A DNA stretch of 18,012 bases, from assembly GCF_006345805.1 (NCBI RefSeq), contig NW_021824736.1:1-18012 (forward strand). Direction: 5' to 3'. Positions 1 to 9,665 of this stretch are shown here, one piece after another. The DNA comes from Octopus sinensis (lineage: Eukaryota). Numbering within the stretch: the first letter of the stretch is position 1; each line of letters opens with the position of its first letter. The translations under genes were made by a program, and so were the position numbers. Below the pieces are notes generated by a model, which saw only the letters and a list, made by a program, of their open reading frames with translations, was not told the DNA's origin and did no database searches.

Positions 1-117
1 CATCTGTACTGTAATTTAAATGTTACGTACGTTTGGGAAGGTTGGTAGAACGACAATGGAGGACATATTGTAAATGTGCGTTGTACTGTGTATATGTATT
101 TTGTCCTAGCTAGCTAG

Positions 118-166
118 ACAAATAGATAGATAGATAGTTAGGTAGATAGATAGAAAGATAGATAGG

Positions 167-206
<40 letters not shown>

Positions 207-243
207 GATAGATAGATTAGATAGATAGACAGACATACAGGCA
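118..243. repeat. (GATA)n/(GACA)n microsatellite
   Basis: Imperfect run of gata/taga tetranucleotides seen directly, ending in gaca units. Confidence 0.95.
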
Positions 244-344
244 GTTATGTATGTAAATATGTATGTATGCATGCGTGAATGTATATGTATACAGACATAC
301 ATATACGTATATTTACATGTATATTGTACGTATGTGTTGTGGTA

Positions 345-352
345 TATATATG

Positions 353-393
<41 letters not shown>

Positions 394-536
394 GATATGT
401 ACATATATATATACACACACACATATATGTACACATATATCACACCACATATATATATATACACACTCACACACACATATATATATAAACCATATATACA
501 CCACACACGCACCACACACATATATATATACATATA

Positions 537-575
<39 letters not shown>

Positions 576-590
576 TATATATATACATAT
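345..590. repeat. Compound (TA)n/(CA)n microsatellite
   Basis: Long TA runs at about 355-390 and 538-572 with CA-rich intervening sequence. Confidence 0.95.
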
Positions 591-652
591 TATTATTTCT
601 TTACTACCCACAAGGGGCTAAACACAGAGAGGACAAACAAGGACAGACAACG
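591..652 (-). mobile_element. Isolated 3' tail fragment (tail type 2) of SINE family B
   Basis: ttactacccacaaggggctaaacacagagaggacaaacaaggacagacaa matches 9870-9920 (same strand) and the reverse complement of 16585-16640. Confidence 0.85.
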
Positions 653-811
653 AATATATATATACATACACACACACACACACACACCTAATGATTTATA
701 AACATCTAATCATCAAAGTGGAAAGATTCTCAGAAAGCCATTCCTATTCATTTTATGCGTATACATACGAGTATATACAGGGAGAGAGAGAGAGAGAGAG
801 AGTAGGCATAT

Positions 812-841
<30 letters not shown>

Positions 842-844
<3 letters not shown>

Positions 845-1121
845 GATATTTTAGTTTGGTATGCGACATGTCACTAGACCAGCGGGCATGAAACAGTTTT
901 TAGTTTTCCTTCAAAGATGTCTCTAGTAGAAGCTTGCTCTCTTGTAAATCCTGAAGAGTCCGTCGTACACCATGCACTCTGCTTCTGCAACCAGTTTTCC
1001 CTCGCCAAAGTGCGACAGGTCCTAATGAAAGTTTCATTGCTATAACCAATCGTCTACGTGGGTTGTCTAACAATTAGTCATTTCTTTAATACTATCTTTA
1101 TATTCTATATATATATATCTA

Positions 1122-1164
<43 letters not shown>

Positions 1165-1672
1165 GTGTAAATGTGTATATATGTATGTATGTATGTATGC
1201 ATGCATGTATGTGCGTATGTATGTATTATGCATGTATGTATGAATGTATGTATGTATGTATGTATGTATCTATACAGATTCATCCTCTATATATTTATAT
1301 CTAATGGACTCACATATAAGATGCAGGACCAACATTTCTGTAGAAGAATTTTATTTCCTAATTGTGTCTTTTATGTTTGAGTCTAATCCCGGAAACAGCA
1401 AATGGAATTGTAAGATAGTATTAAAGAAATGAACTGAATTGTTAGACAACCCACGTAGACGATTTGGTTATAGCAATGAAACTTTCATTAGGACCTGTCG
1501 CACTTTGGCGAGGGGAAACTGGTTGCAGAAGCAGAGTGCATGGTGTACGACGGGACTCTTCAGGATTTACAAGAGAGCAAGCTTCTACTAGAGACATCTT
1601 TTAAGGAAAACTAAAAACTGTTTCATGCCCGCTGGTCTAGTGACATGTCGCATACCAAACTAGAATATCTAT
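842..1672. repeat. Long inverted repeat (fold-back): arms 842-1098 and 1412-1672, 313-bp spacer
   Basis: Manual alignment of the 257-bp left arm to the reverse complement of the 261-bp right arm gives 3 substitutions and 4 single-base indels (~97% identity). Confidence 0.97.
1105..1268. repeat. (TA)n followed by (TATG)n microsatellite inside the inverted-repeat spacer
   Basis: Seen directly. Confidence 0.9.
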
Positions 1673-1840
1673 GTTCTCACACTAATACGAGATGGTCGTT
1701 AACTTTCTAGTGGGTTCACCCGCCATTTTGAAAAGTATTGCTTTTGTCGTGTTCTGTTCTTGCGACTCTTTTCACCCGACTAATCTAGAAGGTATGACAG
1801 TTTTTTCACCACTGTAGGGCTCTACAGCAGACTGTACTAG

Positions 1841-1898
1841 CTTACACGTCACTACTTTTCTAAGTAATAAACTACGTAGAAAAGTAGTGACGTGTAGG
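1841..1898. other. Perfect 20-bp (22 with G:U and C:G extension) stem-loop with 14-nt loop
   Basis: tacacgtcactacttttcta (1843-1862) is the exact reverse complement of tagaaaagtagtgacgtgta (1877-1896). Confidence 0.9.
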
Positions 1899-2008
1899 AT
1901 CGAAGCGATCAATACTTTAGCCATACCGGTCGTGACTTACAGTTTCAATATCATTAACTGGTCAGTTACTGAAATATGTAATCTTGACGGAAAAATACGA
2001 AAATTGTT

Positions 2009-2074
2009 GACAATGCATAGAATTGGCATAGAATTGGCATAGATTGGCATAGATTGGCATAGACAATGCATAGA
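2009..2074. repeat. Short 10-11-bp tandem repeat (ATAGA[A]TTGGC)x4 flanked by a GACAATGCATAGA direct repeat
   Basis: ATTGG at 2022, 2033, 2043 and 2053; gacaatgcataga at 2009-2021 and 2062-2074. Confidence 0.9.
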
Positions 2075-3225
2075 ATAAGGCAGACATAGATCGACTTTAC
2101 CTGGCAAGAAATGAGGATGGCCGTGGACATTTACAATTGGAATTAACAATGAAGATTGCCACAATTGGCCTAGACACCTACTCGAAAAACTCTGATTACT
2201 GGATGTTAAAACTTGTCTCAAAACTACTACTTTCAATCAAAACTGCTACTCTGTATTACGACATTAGAATGAGTAGCATCTTAAAGGATTCTTTACTATA
2301 GGAAATGTGTTTACTAATATTACTAAGTTACTAATGTCAATGATGTTTAGAAAATTAATTGCTCTAACTTTGAAATGTTAGTAACACATTGCACAAGCCC
2401 TAGCGTATTACAGCTCTCAAAATCTCAACTTCACCAATCATAGAAATATATATATGGTAATTAATTTTATCTATATTAACTCTAGTGGGTTCTATTTAGT
2501 TCATGATTGCTCGGATAAGGATAAAGTCTTCTGGTGCATTGTCAAGACTAATAATTCTGCTCATTCACACATGCATATAAAATACATTCACACACATGTG
2601 TATATACAAACGCATACGTGTCACGCACAACATACACATGGATATGTATCTGTGTGTACGTATACTAATATGCTGTTTAAATTGCGCTACAGAAATCATA
2701 CTTTCACATATAGGAATCTAACTAGAAAAAAAATGAAACGTCACTCACGAAATATATCTGGGAGTTAAAGCGATAGACGGCTAATTACATTGTGAAATGT
2801 TAAATAATATCTAGGGCCTGGTCGAGTACTGTCAATAACAGATCTCATAATGAGAAAGCTTAACCTTTGTTAAATTTGGCTATCTCCTATAACCTACGTA
2901 ACAAAAGTATCACTTCGTGTAAACAGAGGGCTTGAAACTTTTGACCCCACTATAATCTCTCAATTTTACTCCGAAAATAACAAAAACATCATCCACTAAC
3001 TTTATTCAGGAAGTACCGACTCCATCATAAAATTTCATATATTTCGCCTCTCCCACGGGGTCTTTACTTATTGTTACTCAATTCTTTAACTTTCCTTGAA
3101 CCAATATCTATTTACAAGCGATTCTTTGTGTACCTTCTTCGTAATATCACCGCCTTGACACTTGAATCAATGTAATATTCTAATTTCTTTATTTTATTTA
3201 CTTTTTAATATCACTGTATATCAAG

Positions 3226-3400
3226 AAGGCGTGTTGTGTAGCAGTTAGAGCGTTGCACTCAAGATCGCAAGATGATGATTTCGATTCCCGGGCCAGGGAA
3301 AGCATTTCATTTCATTGAGCAAAGTATTTCATTTCCTGATACTTCAGTCTGGTCTGCTGTAAATGACTTCTGGCAATAGTTGGAAAGTTAGCTCTGCAAC
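3226..3400 (+). mobile_element. Degenerate tRNA-derived SINE (related to the 7568-7888 head/body)
   Basis: A-box-like tgtagcagttag, B-box-like atttcgattccc, and caagatcgcaag similar to cacgatcgtaag at 7605; body ttgagcaaagtatttcatttc. Confidence 0.55.
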
Positions 3401-3589
3401 GCACTGGAACCCCAATTTATTGAGAAGAATTTTTAACCTAATCGTTTATACGCCATGATAACTGAGTTAAAGTCCGTCATAGAATTCGTGGCTAACAGCA
3501 GTCTTATATTTAAGATATTATACACCGATGTTCTCGTATAGGCACGAAGTTTATTTATTACTTTTCCTTTTTTTTTTTTTTTGCTGTTT

Positions 3590-4103
3590 TGTGTAATGAA
3601 AAATTCCTTGAGGTGAAAGTGGGCCTCATCGCCCATAATTATTTAGTGAAGAAATTCATTGTCCTCTTTTGCCATTTCCTGAAAACGAACAGTAGAATTC
3701 TGCAGTCCTTGGTAATCTAACGGCTTTGTCGCTTGCCCTAGTTGCATCTTGTATGAATACATGTACAAATCTTCTTGAAGTAGCTACAATGATGTTCAGG
3801 GGTATTTCAAGCTCTCAGGAAACCGTGTCTAGTTGATGTTGTTGCAACTTTCAGAATACTTTTCTCAATGGGATACTTGTTTTCCGGAGTTCTGGTGGAA
3901 TGTGGTTTTCCAAGTCGTAGCAAGTCAAGCAGAGAGGCCTGTTTCGAGAAACGATGAATTAGATGAATAATTGCGCAGTTAGAGGGCAGGTTCCTTACTC
4001 TATAATGGCGTTTGTATGCTCTTTGCATGCGCACAATGGACCGTCCATATACAAAATAAAATTCTATAATTTCTGTTTGTTGGGGCGTGATATATTTCTC
4101 CAT
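3590..4103 (-). pseudogene. Tc1/mariner transposase pseudogene (N-terminal HTH, DUF4817-like, plus first catalytic Asp motif)
   Basis: MEKYITPQQTEIIEFYFVYGRSIVRMQRAYKRHYRVRNLPSNCAIIHLIHRFSKQASLLD...GKPHSTRTPEN, then after frame disruptions IMGDEAHFHLKEFFITQN, resembling the SDEAHFHL..FVNKQN motif of rosa/DD41D-like elements (motif recalled, not searched). Stops, frameshifts and truncation at a poly(A). Confidence 0.85.
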
Positions 4104-4127
4104 AACAAAATACCAATGGTTCATGTT

Positions 4128-4550
4128 TTAATATATCTCTTTTACTCTACTCTTTTACTCTTTTACTTGTTTCAGTCATTTGACTGCGGCCATGCTCGGG
4201 CACCGCCTTTAGTCGAGCAAATCGACCCCGGGACTTATTCTAGCCCAGTACTTATTCTATCGGTCTCTTTTGCCGAACCACTAAGTGACGGGGACGTAAA
4301 CACGCCAGCATCGGTTGTCAAGCAATGCTAGTGGGGACAAACACAGACACACAAACATACACACACACTCATATATATATATACATATATACGACAGGCT
4401 TCTTTCAGTTTCCGTCTACCAAATCCACTCACAAGGCTTTGAACGGCCCGAGGCTATAGTAGAAGACACTTGCCCAAGGTGCCACGCAGTGGGACTGAAC
4501 CCGGAACCATGTGGTTGGTAGACAGGCTACTTACCACACAGCCACTCCTG
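4128..4550 (-). mobile_element. Near full-length tRNA-derived SINE family A (head/core + microsatellite linker + 3' module)
   Basis: Minus-strand head CAGGAGTGGCTGTGTGGTAAG (A-box) and GGTTCAGTCCC (B-box), core ggcaccttgggcaagtgtcttctactatagcc, internal (CA)/(TA) linker, and simple-repeat tail. Homologous copies at 8573-9240, 12361-12520 and 12578-12722. Confidence 0.9.
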
Positions 4551-4659
4551 TTACTTCTTAGTATGGTTACTGCTTTCATCTCTTATTGAGATTTTTCTAA
4601 CTAGCTGCTTTGCTCCTTTGGAAATTCTTAGATAGTAGTAAGAATTCTGGACCACACTG

Positions 4660-4707
4660 TATATATATGTGTGTGTGTGTGTGTGTGTGCGTGCGTGTGT
4701 GTGTGTC

Positions 4708-4743
<36 letters not shown>

Positions 4744-4797
4744 TGCGCGCGTGTGTGTGTGTGTATTAAATAGATATGTACATATATATGTGTGTGA

Positions 4798-4831
<34 letters not shown>

Positions 4832-4832
4832 C
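4660..4832. repeat. (TA)n/(TG)n compound microsatellite
   Basis: Seen directly. Confidence 0.95.
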
Positions 4833-4935
4833 ATTATTCAGTTTCATTTCAAGATTTTTGCTAATAGAGTAAGAGCCGGTTTCTAACTTAGATCCAAGGT
4901 TCCTTCATAGGAATTTCAATAACAACAGGGTATTT

Positions 4936-6760
4936 TTGTATGTATGTATATGTATGTATGTATGTATATATGTATGTATGTATGTCTGTATGTATGTATG
5001 TATGCATGTATGTATGTATGTATGCATGTATGTACGTACGTACGTATGTATGTATGTACGTATGTATCTACGTGTGTACGTATGTGTGTATGTATGTGTG
5101 CGTGTTTGTATGTATGTACGTACGTATGTATCTACGTGTGTACGTACGTGTGTATGTATCTACGTGTGTACGTATGTGTGTATGTATGTGTGCGTGTTTG
5201 TATGTACGTACGTACATATGTATCTACGTGTGTACGTATGTGTGTATGTATGTGTGCGTGTTTGTACGTACGTACGTACATATGTATCTACGTGTGTACG
5301 TATGTGTGTATGTATGTGTGCGTGTTTGTATGTACGTACGTACATATGTATCTACGTGTGTACGTATGTGTGTATGTATGTGTGCGTGTTTGTACGTACG
5401 TACGTACATATGTATCTACGTGTGTACGTATGTGTGTATGTATGTGTGCGTGTTTGTATGTACGTACGTACGTATGTGTCTACGAGTGTACGTATGTGTG
5501 TATGTATGTGTGCGTGTTTGTATGTACGTACGTACGTATGTGTCTACGTGTGTACGTATGTGTGTATGTATGTGTGCGTGTTTGTACGTACGTACGTACA
5601 TATGTATCTACGTGTGTACGTACGTGTGTATGTATCTACGTGTGTACGTATGTGTGTATGTATGTGTGCGTGTTTGTATGTATGTACGTACATATGTATC
5701 TACGTGTGTATGTATGTGTGTGTGTATGTGTGCGTGTTTGTATGTACGTACATATGTATCTACGTGTGTACGTATGTGTGTATGTATGTGTGCGTGTTTG
5801 TATGTATGTACGTACATATGTATCTACGTGTGTATGTATGTGTGTGTGTATGTGTGCGTGTTTGTATGTACGTACATATGTATCTACGTGTGTACGTATG
5901 TGTGTATGTATGTGTGCGTGTTTGTATGTACGTACGTACATATGTATCTACGTGTGTACGTATGTGTGTATGTATGTGTGCGTGTTTGTATGTATGTACG
6001 TACATATGTATCTACGTGTGTACGTATGTGTGTATGTATGTGTGCGTGTTTGTATGTACGTACGTATGTATCTACGTGTGTACGTATGTGTGTATGTATG
6101 TGTGCGTGTTTGTATGTATGTACGTACGTATGTGTCTACGTGTGTACGTATGTGTGTATGTATGTGTGCGTGTTTGTATGTATGTACGTACGTATGTATC
6201 TACGTGTGTACGTATGTGTGTATGTATGTGTGCGTGTTTGTATGTATGTACGTACATATGTATCTACGTGTGTACGTACGTGTGTGTGTATGTATGCGTG
6301 TTTGTATGTATGTACGTACGTATGTATCTACGTGTGTACGTATGTGTGTATGTATGTGTGCGTGTTTGTATGTATGTACGTACGTATGTGTCTACGTGTG
6401 TACGTATGTCTGTATGTATGTGTGCGTGTTTGTATGTATGTACGTGCATATGTATCTACGTGTGTACGTATGTGTGTATGTATGTGTGCGTGTTTGTATG
6501 TACGTACGTACATATGTATCTACGTGTGTACGTATGTGTGTATGTATCTACGTTTGTACGTATGTGTGTATGTATGTGTGCGTGTTTGTATGTACGTACG
6601 TACATATGTATCTACGTGTGTACGTATGTGTGTATGTATGTGTGCGTGTTTGTACGTACGTACGTACATATGTATCTACGTGTGTACGTACGTGTGTATG
6701 TATCTACGTGTGTACGTATGTGTGTATGTATGTGTGCGTGTTTGTATGTATGTATGCATG
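4936..6760. repeat. 64-bp-unit minisatellite grown out of a (TATG)n microsatellite
   Basis: Unit approximately tatgtatctacgtgtgtacgtatgtgtgtatgtatgtgtgcgtgtttgtatgtatgtacgtaca. The TCTACG anchor occurs 29 times between 5067 and 6703, with spacings 64 (x21), 60 (x3) and 28 (x4). Confidence 0.98.
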
Positions 6761-7049
6761 TGGAATAAAAATTAATATATTTGCTGAGAGAAGAGAGGTG
6801 TACATATGTATCTGAGTGTATGTATATAAAAATCACACATTTTTATGACTCGCTTTGTTACATAAATGACACGAAACGTTTACGTATATCACTTCAGTAA
6901 ACAATACATCCACCGTACTTACCTTACACACGTGCGCACACACACACACACACACCTACACATACACATGCACGTACGCCCACACACACATTGGATGTCA
7001 CAAATATATGCGCATGCATATTCACACATACAACTATACATTTGTGTGT

Positions 7050-7410
7050 GGAGGCGCAATGGCCCAGTGGTTAGTGCAGCGGACACGCGGTCATAGGATC
7101 GCGGTTTCGATTCCCAGACCGGGCGTTGTGAGTGTTTATTGAGCGAAAACACCTAAAAGCTCCACAAGGCTCCGGCAGGGGATGGTGGTGATCCCTGCTG
7201 TACTCTTTCACCACAAATTTCTCTCACTCTTACTTCTTGTTTCTGTTGTACCTGTATTTCAAGGGGCCGGCCTTGTCACTCTCTGTGTCAAGCTGAATAT
7301 CCCCGAGAACTACGTTAAGGGTGCACGTGACTGTGGAGTGCTCAGCCACTTACACGTTAATTTCACGAGCAGGCTGTTCCGTTGATTCGGATCAACCGGA
7401 ACCCTCGACG
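7050..7410 (+). mobile_element. tRNA-derived SINE family C
   Basis: A-box TGGCCCAGTGG (7060-7070) and B-box GGTTTCGATTCCC (7103-7115); 3' ~160 bp shared with 7695-7870. Confidence 0.85.
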
Positions 7411-7567
7411 GAGTGCTTCCACTATACATTTGTGTACGCATCATGTATAGCTCGCTCGCTCTACAAGTGAATGCATATTTAAACGCGCACAAACATTATT
7501 CCGCTCTATGAAATTATATGTGTGTCTGTGTATGTATGAGTGTGTACCCGTGCGGATGTATGTGTAT

Positions 7568-7888
7568 GGCAAGTTGCGTAGCTTAGTAGTTAGGCTATTC
7601 GGTTCACGATCGTAAGGACGCCAGGTCGATACCCAGCAGTGCAAGACAATTTATTCAACGTTGCTCCAGATCGCTCACCTGGCAAGAATAAGTTGTACCC
7701 GTATTTCAAAGGTGGCGGGAGGGGGTCAGTCTTGTCCCATTCTGTGCCACGCTGAAATTCCCCGAGAACTACGTTAAGGGTGCACGTGTCTGAGGTGTGC
7801 TCAGCCACTTGCACGTTAATTTCACGAACAGCCTGTTTCGTTGATAGGACCGACTGAAACACCCGTTGTCGTAACTGACGGAATACCA
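7568..7888 (+). mobile_element. tRNA-derived SINE family D (shares 3' tail with family C)
   Basis: A-box-like TAGCTTAGTAG (7579-7589), B-box-like AGGTCGATACCC (7623-7634), and tail cccgagaactacgttaagggtgcacgtg...ctcagccactt.cacgttaatttcacga. Confidence 0.8.
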
Positions 7889-8119
7889 ATATGTGTGTGC
7901 GTATGAGTATGTGTGTGTGTGTATGTGTGTGTGTTGTGTCTGTGTGTGTGTGTGTGTGTCTGTGTCTGTGTGTGTGTGTGCCTAGAAAGTGAGAGATAGA
8001 CAGAGTGAAAGGGAGAGAGATACAATGAATGCTTGTATACATACATACATAAATCCATCCATATATATATATACACATAAATATACAAACATACATACAT
8101 GCATATATATATATATATA

Positions 8120-8511
8120 TCTTTATATATAAAAGTGAGGTGGTGTGCTGTCTGTCTCCTACGATTTAGATTCCTAACCACTCCCACATTTTGCGGTGCA
8201 GTTTAACCAAAACCGGGTATCTTATAGTCGTGATTCATATCGAGCCCTTCTGGGTATTAGCGCGCGTCTACGATGAGTCTACGATTAAAAAAAAATTACC
8301 ATCAATTTTTCCCATTTTTAATGCATTTTTGGCATATATAAGGGAAGTAAATCTCTAAAAATTTATTTAATCTCAGAACGTAAAAAGCTACAGTAACACC
8401 CCGCCTTTGTGGTTAGCCATATTGAGATGGCTATTATACTTTACATATCTAAAAATGCTTATATAGTTATTTCCCTTACAAAACCCGAGCAACGCCGGGC
8501 GATACTGCTAG
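8120..8511 (+). mobile_element. Non-autonomous Helitron
   Basis: A|TC 5' end (TCTTTATATATAAAAG), subterminal hairpin CCCGAGC-AAC-GCCGGG (8484-8499), CTAG|T 3' end, no TSD, inserted in a (TA)n tract. Confidence 0.9.
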
Positions 8512-8543
<32 letters not shown>

Positions 8544-8572
8544 ATATTATATATATATTATATATATATATA

Positions 8573-8730
8573 GGCACAGTCCTGGCTGTGTGTAAGGAGC
8601 TTGCTTCCAAATCCTTCTTCGGGGTCCAGTCCCACAGCGTGGCACCTTGGGCAAGTGTCTCCTATTATAACCTTGGGCCGACCAAAGCCTTGTGAGTGGA
8701 TTCGGGGAACGGAAACTGAAAGAAGCTCGT

Positions 8731-8764
<34 letters not shown>

Positions 8765-8859
8765 GAGATAAATTCCTGTATTTACGTAATATCGAGGTCT
8801 CTTTCATTCTTTTATTGTCTTACCATTTCTATCAATATATGTGTGTGTGTGTGTGTGTT

Positions 8860-8892
<33 letters not shown>

Positions 8893-9240
8893 CTGTCTGT
8901 GCCTGTGTGTTTGTGTGTCTGTGTTTGTCAATCAATGTTGGTGTGCTTACGTACCCGTAACTTAGCGCGTTAGGCAAAAGTGACTTATAGAATAAATACT
9001 AGGTGTGCAAAGAATAAGTCCTGGGTTCGATTTGTTCGACATAAAGGCATTGTATACACGCATACACGTGTATCCACATGTACAAAAGTTATACAATACT
9101 GCGTGCTTTAGACCCCCGAGAGATTCGTACACACATAAACACACGCAAACGTATGTATTTTTGGATGGATGGGCGGGTGGATGGATGGGCGGGTGGATGG
9201 CAACAGTCAAATGCCTCAAACAAGTAAAAGAATAGAAGAA
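8573..9240 (+). mobile_element. SINE family A copy with expanded linker and a templated insertion in the 3' module
   Basis: Head/core 8573-8731 (ggcaccttgggcaagtgtct...ggaaactgaaagaagc), TA/TG linker, and 3' module 8930-9047 plus 9199-9240 (cagtcaaatg...aaacaagtaaaagaa). Confidence 0.85.
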
Positions 9241-9289
9241 TACATACATACAGACAGACAGATAGACAGACAGACAGATGGATAGATAT

Positions 9290-9352
<63 letters not shown>

Positions 9353-9643
9353 CGTACACAAACATATATTGATACATAAATAGAATTGCGCAAATAGACA
9401 TCAATTTATTCTTATCTTCATCTACAAAGGAAAATATATGAAAATACACTTAGCCTAAATATTCTCTAACATTAATATTTTGTCAATATTTACGAATATA
9501 TACATTGTATATACGCATACACGTGTATCCACATGTACAAAAGTTATACAATACTGCGTGCTTTAGACCCCCGAGAGATTCGTACACACATAAACACACG
9601 CAAACGTATGTATTTTTGGATGGATGGGCGGGTGGATGGATGG
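9048..9643 (+). repeat. 141-bp near-identical direct repeat (9048-9188 and 9503-9643)
   Basis: Offset 455 bp; one mismatch (9057 C vs 9512 T). Confidence 0.97.
9241..9352. repeat. (GACA)n/(GATA)n microsatellite
   Basis: Seen directly. Confidence 0.95.
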
Positions 9644-9665
9644 ATGGATTATATGTCGATGACTA

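Larger units (their letters stand above)
1673..2170. promoter_or_regulatory. Candidate promoter / gene 5' region
   Basis: YY1/Kozak-like CGCCATTTTG (1721-1730; AAAATGGCGG on minus), paired TGACGTG sites in a palindrome, four ATTGG (reverse CCAAT) boxes, and a perfect minus-strand donor GTAAGT at 1940-1935. Motif evidence only. Confidence 0.3.
3583..4659 (-). mobile_element. Decayed Tc1/mariner-superfamily DNA transposon (5' part), interrupted by a SINE
   Basis: TA|CAGTGTGGTCCAGAATT terminus at 4661-4643 on the minus strand. Sequence is continuous across the SINE (catg|ttacttc). The transposase remnant follows; the 3' half and second TIR are absent. Confidence 0.75.

Noticed and set aside
951-1040. 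CTGAAGAGTCC resembling a hammerhead core
   Set aside because: There is no downstream GGAC-GAAA to close helix II.
1492-1614. Possible exon in the right inverted-repeat arm (acceptor actttcattag; DLSHFGEGKLVAEAECMVYDGTLQDLQESKLLLETSFKEN*)
   Set aside because: It is only 40 codons, all three frames are similarly open, I recognise no homology, and the other arm has a frameshifting indel.
1937-2236. 99-aa minus-strand ORF
   Set aside because: It runs through the 10-bp tandem repeat, has no recognisable domain, and lacks an ATG-supported start.
1707-2492. 12-bp direct repeat tctagtgggttc at about 1707 and 2481
   Set aside because: Several 12-mer matches are expected by chance in 18 kb, and there is no other element structure between them.
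5067-6703. Regularly spaced repeats suggesting a CRISPR-like array
   Set aside because: There are no unique spacers, the whole unit is repeated, the context is eukaryotic, and no cas genes are present.
4936-6815. Three 610-623-aa ORFs rich in Y/V/C/M
   Set aside because: These are translations of the 64-bp minisatellite. Alternating purine/pyrimidine sequence cannot contain TAA/TAG/TGA, so all frames are open trivially.
7050-7125. tRNA-like sequence with A and B boxes
   Set aside because: It continues into a SINE body and tail and lacks a proper acceptor stem and cloverleaf, so it is a SINE head rather than a tRNA gene.
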